The translations under genes were made by a program, and so were the position numbers. Shown here piece by piece: positions 1-8,109 of a stretch of DNA of 64,000 nt (positions are counted from its first letter, which is position 1; each line of letters starts with the position of its first letter). The stretch is from a virus, in IMG/VR virus record IMGVR_UViG_3300003690_000002, positions 122,399 to 186,398 of that record, one strand, 5' to 3'. Under the pieces are notes generated by a model, which did no database searches, was not told where the DNA came from, and was given only the letters and a program-made list of their open reading frames with translations.

Positions 1-28
1 AACAAAACATATATATATACCAATCTTA

Positions 29-289
29 CTAATCGAAGTATGGCGATACTTCCACAGCAAATAGACTCCTACCCCAACAATAAAAGTTTTGAATATGACA
101 AAGGGGATATCCCCAATGCTCATCATATACTTTGTTATAGGGTTTAGCTCGTCTAATACAGCTGCGTGCTGTATAAACCAGATTGATAACACGGCATCGA
201 TAGCGTTCATTACCAATATCATACCGAGCATTATTTTCATTAAGTATTCTACATTGGTATATTGCTGTTCTCTGCTTAATTTCATTCAT
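29..289 (-). CDS. hypothetical protein
   Basis: 86-aa ORF in the minus-strand gene run; no recognised motif. Confidence 0.5.
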   Translation of the reverse strand: MNEIKQRTAIYQCRILNENNARYDIGNERYRCRVINLVYTARSCIRRAKPYNKVYDEHWGYPLCHIQNFYCWGRSLFAVEVSPYFD

Positions 290-376
290 ATATAACTATA
301 AATGAACAGCTGTTTTTTTTAAAATTTTATTTTTGTGATTTTTTTAGATAGTCTGTTTCTCTTGTTTTTGCTTCCT

Positions 377-631
377 CTACGTCGTACGCCGTAGATCTAC
401 GTCGTATTCTTCAAATTTAGCGATCCAACGTAATGCGGATTCCAACTTTTCCGAAGGCTTATTACCTGGTAAACTAGACGTTGCAAGAAAATCCCACAAT
501 TCGTAATAAGCCTCGCTATGTTGCGTTTGCTCCTCATCTGAAAAAGGCTCTGCTGCAAGATCTTCCTCGTTAACATATTTTTGTACTTCTTCTTTAATAA
601 TATGTCTTAAATTTAATTTAGTTAACTTCAT
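377..631 (-). CDS. MKLTK-leader family protein
   Basis: Starts MKLTKLNLRHIIKEE; ATG at 631 overlaps the upstream TAA (TAATG). The track start at 700 is an upstream extension. Confidence 0.75.
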   Translation of the reverse strand: MKLTKLNLRHIIKEEVQKYVNEEDLAAEPFSDEEQTQHSEAYYELWDFLATSSLPGNKPSEKLESALRWIAKFEEYDVDLRRTT

Positions 632-900
632 TAGATTTCCTCTACAGAAGTTCCGGAAAGATCTTCCTCTTCCGGATATCCGGCTTGTTCTTTTTTCCAC
701 TCCTTAACATACATTTCGAAATTTTCTGTTAAAAATCGTTTACCTACGGGTGGCATTACCTTATACAGTTTATCCGCGCTCGTCATCACTTGTCTCATCT
801 CAGTAATCCACCATTGCTCACCCCTTGGCTTATCGGGATCAATGGCTTCTTCCAAAGTTTCTTTAATGAGTTGTTTAAGTCTAGATTTGGTTAGTTTCAT
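631..900 (-). CDS. MKLTK-leader family protein
   Basis: Starts MKLTKSRLKQLIKETLEE; acidic C-terminus. Confidence 0.8.
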   Translation of the reverse strand: MKLTKSRLKQLIKETLEEAIDPDKPRGEQWWITEMRQVMTSADKLYKVMPPVGKRFLTENFEMYVKEWKKEQAGYPEEEDLSGTSVEEI

Positions 901-929
901 ATAGGAATCCTAGCTTTGTTTAGTATTAA

Positions 930-937
930 TAAATAGT
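930..937 (-). promoter_or_regulatory. candidate late-promoter motif ACTATTTA
   Basis: taaatagt on +, 30 nt upstream of the ATG at 900; the same motif class precedes several other genes. Confidence 0.4.
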
Positions 938-1047
938 TACAATCATTGAGAATGCCTTAAAATCTCATATTTTTTCAGCGGTATCACGAACGTACTTAGT
1001 CAGCTCTCCTAAGTACCTGTATTCATTGGGACATAGATTCCGGTAGA

Positions 1048-1074
1048 GGGGGGGAGGGGCCCGGGGGGTACCCC
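1048..1074. other. G-tract/palindrome G7-A-G4-C3-G6-TA-C4
   Basis: Seen directly in the non-coding gap 901-1102; includes the palindrome GGGGTACCCC (1065-1074). Confidence 0.6.
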
Positions 1075-1102
1075 ACAAAGCGTAGCTTGTTAGCGCTTGT
1101 TC

Positions 1103-1294
1103 TTATCTATACTTAAGGAAACCTTTTAACTCTTCTAGTGTACATACTGAATCACCTTTGACTGTACTAACCTTGCAGCTATTACAGTGTCTCCATGAGC
1201 GCGTTACTACTCCCATACGTAATGTATTCGTAGTGTACTGTACCTTACCTTTACTACACTTAGCACATGTACCTATCTCTTTTGTTAACAACAT
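1103..1294 (-). CDS. small zinc-ribbon protein
   Basis: CAKC...CNSC; resembles 2194..2391. Confidence 0.6.
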   Translation of the reverse strand: MLLTKEIGTCAKCSKGKVQYTTNTLRMGVVTRSWRHCNSCKVSTVKGDSVCTLEELKGFLKYR

Positions 1295-1341
1295 TTATTT
1301 TTTATATCCTCGCCCCTTTTTCTTACGGGGCTGGTCATATG

Positions 1342-1509
1342 CTATTGGGATCGTTTGGATGGGAAGGGGCGGTCGATGCTGCCGGTGGTGGCATTCTCTT
1401 TAGTACACTTGCCGGTGTTCCACCAGTTCTTGCGCGTTTGCTCTTGAAGGGCATCTAGCGCGTCTTTGTAATCTTCTGGTTGCGTTGTATCTTTTGTTGC
1501 TGTTGCCAT
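1342..1509 (-). CDS. hypothetical protein
   Basis: MATATKDTT... start at 1509, 1 nt after the upstream stop codon. Confidence 0.55.
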   Translation of the reverse strand: MATATKDTTQPEDYKDALDALQEQTRKNWWNTGKCTKENATTGSIDRPFPSKRSQ

Positions 1510-1510
1510 A

Positions 1511-1684
1511 TTAATTAGCCTCCGTACATGCATTGATAAAGAGTTGTGCATTAAAACGCGGGTTAGTTTTTGCTAGTTCATTAGCAAAGCTAACCACTAT
1601 GTCTTGGACGACGCAACGATTCATTGGCGAAGTGCCATGAGCCTTGAGTACGTCTGCGATAAGTTGGAAGTCTTTCTTGGTCAT
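1511..1684 (-). CDS. small phage hypothetical protein (MTKKDFQLIA type)
   Basis: First gene after the promoter at 1719-1747; purine-rich leader before the ATG at 1684. Confidence 0.7.
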   Translation of the reverse strand: MTKKDFQLIADVLKAHGTSPMNRCVVQDIVVSFANELAKTNPRFNAQLFINACTEAN

Positions 1685-1718
1685 AGCTTTATACCTTTTT
1701 TCTCCACTGTACATGTAT

Positions 1719-1747
1719 ATTATCTCACATGTTCAATGGTTTGTCAA
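1719..1747 (-). promoter_or_regulatory. sigma70-type early promoter
   Basis: TTGACA (1747-1742), 17 nt, GATAAT (1724-1719), extended -10 TG. Confidence 0.8.
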
Positions 1748-1784
1748 GTACTTTATTTTTTGTTTTTACTCTCGCCAGTATATC

Positions 1785-2039
1785 TTATTGCTTGTAGACT
1801 CTCTTGGGTTCTAGGCGCAACATTTCATTCAGATAGACTATCAGCGCTCCTAGCTTGTAGCTAGCTGCATACTCTATCGCGCTAGCTTCAGACCAACACA
1901 GCCCGGTATACGGGCTAAAAGGTCCAATCTCTTTCACTTTCTCAAATTCAGATTGCAATGCATCTTCAAGCTGTTGCTCGTAGTCTTGCTGACGTTTCAA
2001 TGCTTCGTCGTATTTACTAATTTTGCTGTCCTCACTCAT
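1785..2039 (-). CDS. hypothetical protein
   Basis: 84-aa ORF with GAGG SD upstream. Confidence 0.65.
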   Translation of the reverse strand: MSEDSKISKYDEALKRQQDYEQQLEDALQSEFEKVKEIGPFSPYTGLCWSEASAIEYAASYKLGALIVYLNEMLRLEPKRVYKQ

Positions 2040-2193
2040 AATAATTATCTCCTCAAATAGAAAATGCTTGACAATTAGCGGAAGTACCTATGTACTTAGT
2101 ATTCCCCATATCATCCCACTTTGCCCCACCCTATTCAACTTACTTTCATTTATAAAAGCTTTATGTAAGCTTTCTGTACCACCACTACCCATT

Positions 2194-2391
2194 TTACTTC
2201 CACAGCGCTGATTCACGGGTTGTGAACACTGCCATGCCTTTGGATGAGTGAAGGTCGCAAGAATCGCACCATCGCACCGCAGACATGTCAAAGGATTTAT
2301 AGTAAATATTTCCCTTTTTGCATTGAGCACATTTGCCTAATTTCTTTTTCTTTGGCTTCGAAGTACTTTTCTTTCCAAGATTAAAAATCAT
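2194..2391 (-). CDS. small zinc-ribbon protein
   Basis: MIFNLGKK...CAQC...CDSC; ATG overlaps the upstream TAA. Confidence 0.6.
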   Translation of the reverse strand: MIFNLGKKSTSKPKKKKLGKCAQCKKGNIYYKSFDMSAVRWCDSCDLHSSKGMAVFTTRESALWK

Positions 2392-2528
2392 TAGAAAATT
2401 GCCATAGCAAAAGTAAAAATACCTACATGTGCTGCAACAATCAGATACACCCAACCTTTGTTGGTTAGTTCTCCTGATGCGTCTCGAAGGGTTGTTGTGT
2501 CGAATTGATTTAGTACTTTCTTAAACAT
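2391..2528 (-). CDS. small membrane protein (45 aa, not in track)
   Basis: Read by hand: MFKKVLNQFDTTTLRDASGELTNKGWVYLIVAAHVGIFTFAMAIF. Confidence 0.55.
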   Translation of the reverse strand: MFKKVLNQFDTTTLRDASGELTNKGWVYLIVAAHVGIFTFAMAIF

Positions 2529-2769
2529 TGTTTTTCTTCCTTTCTTTTTTCTTATAAATTTCTAAAAACTGTAACATGGTCGCATTAAGCGTGGTGATAT
2601 GATCCTGACCAATGATATGAACCAAGTGGTTTGTGACTTCATGTCCGTTGCGGGAATAAATGATTTTATCTTTACCTAGATATAAACCAATCTTACCACT
2701 GAGATCATAACAATGTGTGACTTCTCCAAACTGTACCAGATCACCGATTTGTACTTGTTTTAAGTCCAT
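2521..2769 (-). CDS. GDLV (KOW/SH3-like) family small protein
   Basis: QIGDLVQF...IGLY pattern. Confidence 0.75.
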   Translation of the reverse strand: MDLKQVQIGDLVQFGEVTHCYDLSGKIGLYLGKDKIIYSRNGHEVTNHLVHIIGQDHITTLNATMLQFLEIYKKKERKKNNV

Positions 2770-2800
2770 GCGAATTTGACTATTTCTTCTTTTTCTTTAT

Positions 2801-2929
2801 TACCTTCTTTTTAGACTTTCGCCATGCGCTGAATACTGTTTCTGGACCTCTTGCATCTGGTGGTAATTGTATTACACCATTGTCTTTGATATACATTTTA
2901 AGTTGTTTTAATTCTTCTTCTCTCGTCAT
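2801..2929 (-). CDS. small hypothetical protein (42 aa, not in track)
   Basis: Read by hand: MTREEELKQLKMYIKDNGVIQLPPDARGPETVFSAWRKSKRR. Confidence 0.5.
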
Positions 2930-2945
2930 TATTTTTTACTCTCTC

Positions 2946-3197
2946 TTATTTGGTACATCGTGCTTTTGTCAAACTAAACACGCTGTACTGATTATGAATG
3001 TTTATTGGCGAATATCCGTACTGACGATTATAATCGTATGGTGCGGGTCCCGACCACTCTACAAACACTCGTCCACTACCAATTCCATATGGATTGGTTT
3101 CAATTTTATAAATGAGTCCTATATGTGCTTTGTCTCTAGTGGCAAATTTCGCTGTTATCAAGTCTCCAACTTGTGGCCATCTATTATTGTCGCTCAC
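2946..3197 (-). CDS. GDLV family small protein
   Basis: QVGDLI; probable GTG start at 3197 inside a 14-nt overlap with the upstream gene. Confidence 0.7.
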   Translation of the reverse strand: MSDNNRWPQVGDLITAKFATRDKAHIGLIYKIETNPYGIGSGRVFVEWSGPAPYDYNRQYGYSPINIHNQYSVFSLTKARCTK

Positions 3198-3381
3198 TGA
3201 CAACCTCCACGTCTCGTGGGCTTTCCCAAGTCATCGTTTTTCCAATGTGCGCTGGCTTTGCAGGCCAACTGATTTTATAACGATAAACACCAGTGGAAAC
3301 CTGTTCTTTTGTATGTATTAAGCCTGTACCTTCATAAGTGCTGGCATGAGGTTTGTAAATAACTAAATCACCGACTTGCAT
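3184..3381 (-). CDS. GDLV family small protein
   Basis: MQVGDLV...EVVSERQ. Confidence 0.8.
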   Translation of the reverse strand: MQVGDLVIYKPHASTYEGTGLIHTKEQVSTGVYRYKISWPAKPAHIGKTMTWESPRDVEVVSERQ

Positions 3382-3553
3382 TTAGTACCTCAAGCAGTTC
3401 TCCACGACAATACAGTGTGGAGTCGCGACCATCCTTTGTCCACAAAACTTTGTAATCACCGTTGTTCGTTTGTTCTGGTGTTTGGAGCACTAAACCATGC
3501 GCGGCATATGGCTGGTGATGCACTTTATACTTTACTAAATCACCGACTTGCAT
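3368..3553 (-). CDS. GDLV family small protein
   Basis: MQVGDLV...EVLNASR. Confidence 0.8.
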   Translation of the reverse strand: MQVGDLVKYKVHHQPYAAHGLVLQTPEQTNNGDYKVLWTKDGRDSTLYCRGELLEVLNASR

Positions 3554-3710
3554 TGATAACCTCTATTTCACTGCTCCAGTGAGAACCTTGTGATCCGTCA
3601 TTCCATCGAATATGATGTAAAACTCCATCGCCGAGCGCCATTTTTGTAGTTTTATAAACTATTCCAATATATTTTCCCGAATTATGTTTCACTAAGTCAC
3701 CGGTTTGCAT
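3540..3710 (-). CDS. GDLV family small protein
   Basis: MQTGDLV...EVINASR; start corrected to the junction ATG at 3710. Confidence 0.8.
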   Translation of the reverse strand: MQTGDLVKHNSGKYIGIVYKTTKMALGDGVLHHIRWNDGSQGSHWSSEIEVINASR

Positions 3711-3864
3711 TAATAACTTCCAATTCGTCAACCCAACGATTGCCGACATGTCCATCCATCCACGAGATTGTGTACATTTTGTCTCCAAGATGATCCATCG
3801 CCAATTTCACGACTAAGCCAAGCATACCATTATTTTTGAACTTTACTAAATCACCGACTTGCAT
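3697..3864 (-). CDS. GDLV family small protein
   Basis: MQVGDLV...EVINANR; start corrected to 3864. Confidence 0.8.
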   Translation of the reverse strand: MQVGDLVKFKNNGMLGLVVKLAMDHLGDKMYTISWMDGHVGNRWVDELEVINANR

Positions 3865-4036
3865 TGATAACTTCCAAAGCACGTTCGTCAAGAAGACGTG
3901 CACGTCCATCCAAGAGGACGCGGACAATGTGGTCGCCGGTTGTACCCAGTCGGTCCCGTCCTATCACAACGCCAACTTTATGCCAAAGGGCACTAATCGT
4001 TCGCTTGTTGACTTTTACTAGATCACCGACTTTCAT
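3851..4036 (-). CDS. GDLV family small protein
   Basis: MKVGDLV...EVINASR. Confidence 0.8.
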   Translation of the reverse strand: MKVGDLVKVNKRTISALWHKVGVVIGRDRLGTTGDHIVRVLLDGRARLLDERALEVINASR

Positions 4037-4223
4037 TTACAACCTCTAAGTCTCGTTCCAATCGTCGAATCACGCGATTCTTACTATTACAAAGTTGAAT
4101 TTCGTGATACAAAATATCGTACTCGTTGGGTCGTGGCTCAACAGTTTTAAGAATCAATCCAACCATATCTGTTGGGACGCCGATACCGGCTCTCGTAATC
4201 TTAACTAAATTACCGGGCTTCAT
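4023..4223 (-). CDS. GDLV family small protein
   Basis: MKPGNLV...EVVNESR. Confidence 0.8.
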   Translation of the reverse strand: MKPGNLVKITRAGIGVPTDMVGLILKTVEPRPNEYDILYHEIQLCNSKNRVIRRLERDLEVVNESR

Positions 4224-4543
4224 ATAGCTACCTTTATTTTGATGTTCTCAATGTGCTTGCATTTTCTTCGAAAACCAAACCCAACGCAAGTACAACTCCA
4301 TGTGTCGCTAGCAGAGCGTTTAACGGTGTACTTATTCTTTTTTGATCCCTCAACCTCGAATGTTTCTTTCCGTGCGTTAGGGGTGCCTTTCTCGGGTTTA
4401 TAAGAAAGAATCCAGCGTACGTCATTGAGTGTTGTTCCTTTTGGAACTTCAATCCACGGCTGGTTGCCTGCGACGACGTACGTTTTACCCGAAGTCAGGC
4501 TATCAAAAATGGCTGGGTTTAATGTGCTTTTGACGCTAATCAT
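4220..4543 (-). CDS. SWIM-type zinc-finger protein
   Basis: WSCTCVGFGFRRKCKH = CxC-x(n)-CxH. Confidence 0.7.
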   Translation of the reverse strand: MISVKSTLNPAIFDSLTSGKTYVVAGNQPWIEVPKGTTLNDVRWILSYKPEKGTPNARKETFEVEGSKKNKYTVKRSASDTWSCTCVGFGFRRKCKHIENIKIKVAI

Positions 4544-4839
4544 TTGATTGACTTTCCTGATACTTTGCCCCAAACAGATGCGTTATAAAGCAAATGGTCC
4601 TCGACGCTGAAAAACTCGGTTTCTCCGGTAATCTCGCTCCAATTGTTTAGCAAGTCCTCGTCGTTGACGTCTTTGTAAGAATCGTCTTCCCAATCCTCAA
4701 GTGCGCCACGCGCCCATGCAGCAAGTTGCTTTCGCGCACCGTCTTCGGTTGTGTGGATGGAAATGTCTTGACCGTGTTTGTGGTCCCATTGAGCGACATA
4801 CACGGTTTCAGATGTTTTTGATTTTGGAATTACTGGCAT
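4540..4839 (-). CDS. hypothetical protein
   Basis: MPVIPKSK... start with GGAGG SD. Confidence 0.65.
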   Translation of the reverse strand: MPVIPKSKTSETVYVAQWDHKHGQDISIHTTEDGARKQLAAWARGALEDWEDDSYKDVNDEDLLNNWSEITGETEFFSVEDHLLYNASVWGKVSGKSIK

Positions 4840-4840
4840 G

Positions 4841-5302
4841 TTAATTATCCTCCGCGCAACCATTGGCGCATTGTTGTAAGACCAAAGTAGGATAGCCCAT
4901 GCCATCGGAAGCATAGTGATTGCGTACCGAAGCACCAATCAATCCACAGGCGTCACATACACCAATGCCATGCTCTGGGGGGCAATCCTCTGCCATAAAA
5001 TGCTGGAAACGCTCAGACCTAAGCTTATTCGCAGCTTCACGGTTGTCATACGATGACGCTAACTCGTAACAGCCTTCCGCAACAGCAACAGCAATCGAGG
5101 GCATGCCATTGGCAATTGCCTGAGTGGTGTTATAGGCAACACGCATCGTTGGCGTAACTTCGCGCCCATCCTGCAAGACTACGCGAGCTTCTTTCATCCA
5201 AGAACGTGCTGCACTGATGCGACGACCAGAACGAGCTTCAGCAACGACGGTTGCAGAGGGAGCGGGGAAAGCGGTTGTCATGTGATTAAGTCCTTTTGCC
5301 AT
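4841..5302 (-). CDS. hypothetical protein with C-terminal Cys motifs
   Basis: MAKGLNH... directly after the promoter at 5316-5344; CDAC...CANGC. Confidence 0.65.
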   Translation of the reverse strand: MAKGLNHMTTAFPAPSATVVAEARSGRRISAARSWMKEARVVLQDGREVTPTMRVAYNTTQAIANGMPSIAVAVAEGCYELASSYDNREAANKLRSERFQHFMAEDCPPEHGIGVCDACGLIGASVRNHYASDGMGYPTLVLQQCANGCAEDN

Positions 5303-5315
5303 TGTTTCTATATAC

Positions 5316-5344
5316 ATTATCTCATAAAAACAAGGATTTGTCAA
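5316..5344 (-). promoter_or_regulatory. sigma70-type early promoter
   Basis: TTGACA-17-GATAAT with extended -10. Confidence 0.8.
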
Positions 5345-5383
5345 GGATAAAGTGAAAAATTTTTTCGATTCGTGATTTCGATA

Positions 5384-5605
5384 TTAACTACATGCGGTGG
5401 GGTGCGACCAGTTTTCGTATTGCCAGTCGGAAATGAGTTCGTCTTTGCAAAGAGAATCGGTCCAGTTATTCCACGCTTCGCTACGGGCTGGAATGTCTTT
5501 GATACCGTCTTGTTCAAACTCTTTTTGAACTTGCGGAAGAATATTCTCGTTGAATTGTTCGACTGCTTCTTTCCAAGTAATTACGCTATAAAGATTGTTT
5601 GCCAT
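5384..5605 (-). CDS. small phage hypothetical protein
   Basis: MANNLY...WNNWTDSLCKD; AAGGG SD. Confidence 0.7.
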   Translation of the reverse strand: MANNLYSVITWKEAVEQFNENILPQVQKEFEQDGIKDIPARSEAWNNWTDSLCKDELISDWQYENWSHPTACS

Positions 5606-5626
5606 ATATTTTAACCCTTCTTCTTC

Positions 5627-5661
5627 AAAAAAAATGTGCGAGGTTCCCAACTTCCTCGCAC
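5627..5661 (-). terminator. intrinsic terminator
   Basis: 8-bp stem GTGCGAGG/CCTCGCAC followed by A-T8 on the minus strand. Confidence 0.75.
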
Positions 5662-5809
5662 TAAACACGACCTAAACGCTTACGCAACGACCTGACTAGT
5701 CGCAACCGGCATGCCACCCATTCGCTCCAACAGGACGCGCATTACAAGGTGCCCGGTGATTTAGACTAGCCAATCTCGCTCGTGTCTCCCACGAAAAGAA
5801 AATCCGCAT

Positions 5810-5882
5810 GGTCGGCATGAGCCTTTCGAACAACGACCTTGCGAATTTTTAAGAAAACCCGCGAGGTCGGCATGAGCCTTTC
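5810..5882. repeat. 18-bp direct repeat x2
   Basis: ggtcggcatgagcctttc at 5810-5827 and 5865-5882. Confidence 0.9.
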
Positions 5883-6066
5883 ATCCGTAATGGGAGTTGC
5901 ACCCATGCAGCAGGATACCACTCCCGCCGATTCTGCTCTGACTAAATAACGAGGTATCAGCCCGGTTTAGTCCTACGGCATATATTCTGAACATGCCAGT
6001 TTGGTACTCGCGGATTTTCAAAGAGCGAATCAAGAAATCGTTGATTTCTTTCTCCACTGTATATAT

Positions 6067-6095
6067 ATTATCTCATAAATTTAAGAATTTGTCAA
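6067..6095 (-). promoter_or_regulatory. sigma70-type early promoter
   Basis: TTGACA-17-GATAAT with extended -10. Confidence 0.8.
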
Positions 6096-6222
6096 TACTT
6101 TTTATTCTTTTTTTAATTCTTAAAAACAAGGAGTAAAAGAGCGAAGAAATACAGCAAACCCGATATTGCGCTAGCATACAAAATATCTTTTGTGAACCTG
6201 TTCATTTCTTTTGGGCTCTCTT

Positions 6223-6453
6223 TTATGACTTGCTTCCAACGCAAACAATTTCTGAATCTGTTTCAATCCAGACTCTTGCACCACAAGATAATGGTTTATC
6301 TGGTGAGTATATTACCTTACATGGTCCCATAATGATCGCTTCGTGGCAATAATCATTTGACTTATAAGTTTTGACCGCTATTACAGGCTCTCGTTCCCCA
6401 GTCTTATGATTGCGTCGAATTATATGTTGATTTATATGAACTTTCTTTTTCAA
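6223..6453 (-). CDS. conserved phage hypothetical protein
   Basis: VHINQHIIRRN...KPLSCGARVWIET, a motif I recognise from myovirus hypotheticals. Confidence 0.75.
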   Translation of the reverse strand: MKKKVHINQHIIRRNHKTGEREPVIAVKTYKSNDYCHEAIIMGPCKVIYSPDKPLSCGARVWIETDSEIVCVGSKS

Positions 6454-6463
6454 AACTGTCTCC

Positions 6464-6550
6464 TGGTGCCATCGGAGGGACTCGAACCCTCACATCCATA
6501 CGGATAACGGATTTTAAGTCCGTTGTGTCTGCCAATTCCACCACGATAGC
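6464..6550 (-). tRNA. tRNA-Leu(TAA)
   Basis: GCTATCG...D-loop TGG, anticodon loop CT-TAA-AA, long variable arm, GGTTCGAGTCC, encoded CCA. Confidence 0.93.
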
Positions 6551-6559
6551 AAAAAACCT

Positions 6560-6793
6560 CTACCATTCGTCTTCATTCTTTATTACAGAAAATGTATCAA
6601 AGACATCAACGTTTTTCACAGAATCTTTTTCGTGTTGAGTGATTGCCTCGGTAAGTTTTGTGGTAAGTTCGTTGATTACATAAATTCGATTTGGCACAAG
6701 CCTCAAATCGAGGTGCGCACCATTGTCACTGCGCCAACTAAGCACTTCCTCAATGATTTGTCTAATTTTCTTTTGATTAACCATCAATAGCAA
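6560..6793 (-). CDS. hypothetical protein
   Basis: 77-aa ORF overlapping the upstream stop. Confidence 0.55.
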   Translation of the reverse strand: MLLMVNQKKIRQIIEEVLSWRSDNGAHLDLRLVPNRIYVINELTTKLTEAITQHEKDSVKNVDVFDTFSVIKNEDEW

Positions 6794-8015
6794 TAATCCT
6801 TTCGCTAGTTTGGAAATAAGGGCGATGAGCGTAATATTTTGTTGTCATCCACATTCGTTGACATTTAGAAGCTTTAGGCTTTGGAGCCATCAAGTCTGTC
6901 AAAATAATGTGACCATCAAAACCATGCTTGTTCACATATTCGGTAGGAGCATCGAAGCATGTTCCACCATGCATGACACGTTCAGTTTTGTGATTCTGCC
7001 CCTTTTTCCACTCGTAAATAAGCGATTCCTCAACTCGGGTATCGAAAGGAACAACAGTAAACGAAGCGAGTTTAGAAAGCTTGCTCAACTCGCTAAAAAA
7101 CGATGCGAGCATATCATCCCCTACAGAACCACTTTGGTCAATGCTGATTGCAATACGGGCAACACGCTTAACCTTCTTACCAGGATGAATGTAACGATAT
7201 CGTTTATTGATTCGCTTTACTGTGCTAGATTTGTTCGAGCGCGTAGAAGTTTTTACAAAGTATCGAAGTACTTTGCGCCAATCAATATGGGTTTGAATTC
7301 GTTCAAGAATCTCTCTTCGACACGAAGCAGGCACGGTACCCCAATTAGATGCGTTTTGAGCCTCTTGTGCTGCCTTTTTTACAAAGTCCTTAATACGTTC
7401 CTTAGCAATCTCGCCCGTTGTAGAATCGACTTTGCCCCAACCTTCGTGAGAGTCGAACTGTTCACTGGAATCGTTATTGCTACTGCTGCTAGATCCGTTT
7501 TCACCGTCACCACTGTCACCAGATTTATTTTCTTCTCCATCGTTACGTTTTTGTCCTTTGTTCTTCTTTTCGAACTGTTCATCTTTTTTCAAACGCTTAA
7601 GATAAGCTTCTGCGCTTAGACCGACTGGGTATTCCTCAAATCGATCAACACCTGGCACAAGACAACCATCAGGCAATTCGCCAATCAAATGCGAATTAAT
7701 AGCAAGGTCTGTTGCAAAGTTCCAAATTGTATGATTGACTGCATCTGGTTTTCGAGAAGTGACATGTTCAAAAATCAAATGATAAAACTCATGTTTGAGT
7801 ACCCCAAGACGTTGAACATCAGAAAGTTTTTCAAAAAACTCTGGATTGTACAACATTTCAAAATGTGCTGTCTCGGGATTAACTCGTACTCCCGCAGTTG
7901 GAATTGTAGTAGTAGCACGCTTGTTAATACGACGAGACAATGAAGCAAAAAACGGCTCTTGCATAAGCAATCGCGCCGTGTGTATGTTCAAATCGAAATT
8001 ACTAGTTTTACTCAT
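6777..8015 (-). CDS. DUF2201-type metallopeptidase + VWA-like domain protein
   Basis: HEFYH (HExxH), Ser/Gly/Asp linker, IDQSGS MIDAS-like motif, GGT...TD; adjacent to an AAA ATPase. Confidence 0.85.
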   Translation of the reverse strand: MSKTSNFDLNIHTARLLMQEPFFASLSRRINKRATTTIPTAGVRVNPETAHFEMLYNPEFFEKLSDVQRLGVLKHEFYHLIFEHVTSRKPDAVNHTIWNFATDLAINSHLIGELPDGCLVPGVDRFEEYPVGLSAEAYLKRLKKDEQFEKKNKGQKRNDGEENKSGDSGDGENGSSSSSNNDSSEQFDSHEGWGKVDSTTGEIAKERIKDFVKKAAQEAQNASNWGTVPASCRREILERIQTHIDWRKVLRYFVKTSTRSNKSSTVKRINKRYRYIHPGKKVKRVARIAISIDQSGSVGDDMLASFFSELSKLSKLASFTVVPFDTRVEESLIYEWKKGQNHKTERVMHGGTCFDAPTEYVNKHGFDGHIILTDLMAPKPKASKCQRMWMTTKYYAHRPYFQTSERIIAIDG

Positions 8016-8021
8016 GTCTTA

Positions 8022-8050
8022 ATTATCTCAAATTTAGGCGAGTTTGTCAA
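8022..8050 (-). promoter_or_regulatory. sigma70-type early promoter
   Basis: TTGACA-17-GATAAT with extended -10. Confidence 0.8.
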
Positions 8051-8070
8051 GTATATTTTAAACTATAATT

Positions 8071-8100
8071 AAAAAAGAGAGGGGATCTCTCCCCTCTCTT
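8071..8100 (-). terminator. intrinsic terminator
   Basis: Stem AAGAGAGGGGA/TCCCCTCTCTT running into a T tract, just after the AAA gene stop. Confidence 0.8.
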
Positions 8101-8109
8101 GCGAAGCTG

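Larger units (their letters stand above)
3184..4046 (-). repeat. junction repeat array A (5 canonical + 1 degenerate stop/start overlaps)
   Basis: 14-nt cores such as ATGCAAGTCGGTGA at 3368-3381, 3540-3553, 3697-3710, 3851-3864 and 4023-4036; degenerate copy at 3184-3197; 32-bp identity between 3529-3560 and 3840-3871. Confidence 0.9.
5627..6060 (-). ncRNA. candidate structured non-coding RNA (~430 nt)
   Basis: Lies between a consensus promoter and a terminator; several hairpins, a T-arm-like stem-loop and an 18-bp direct repeat; no ORF of 60 aa or more inside. Confidence 0.5.

Noticed and set aside
376-406. 11-bp repeat tctacgtcgta x2 at a gene end
   Set aside because: Too short, only two copies, and no supporting context.
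3368-4046. Regularly spaced junction repeats as a CRISPR array or integron attC sites
   Set aside because: Spacing is 155-185 nt and fully protein-coding, the repeats are degenerate and non-palindromic, and no cas or integron integrase gene is in the window.
5810-5882. 18-bp repeat with a 37-nt spacer as a mini-CRISPR
   Set aside because: Only two short copies, and the similarity bleeds into the spacer; better explained as repeated RNA modules.
6810-7619. Long plus-strand ORFs (also 29667..30191 and the other + entries in the track)
   Set aside because: They are antisense shadows of motif-supported minus-strand genes, with no motifs or RBS of their own.
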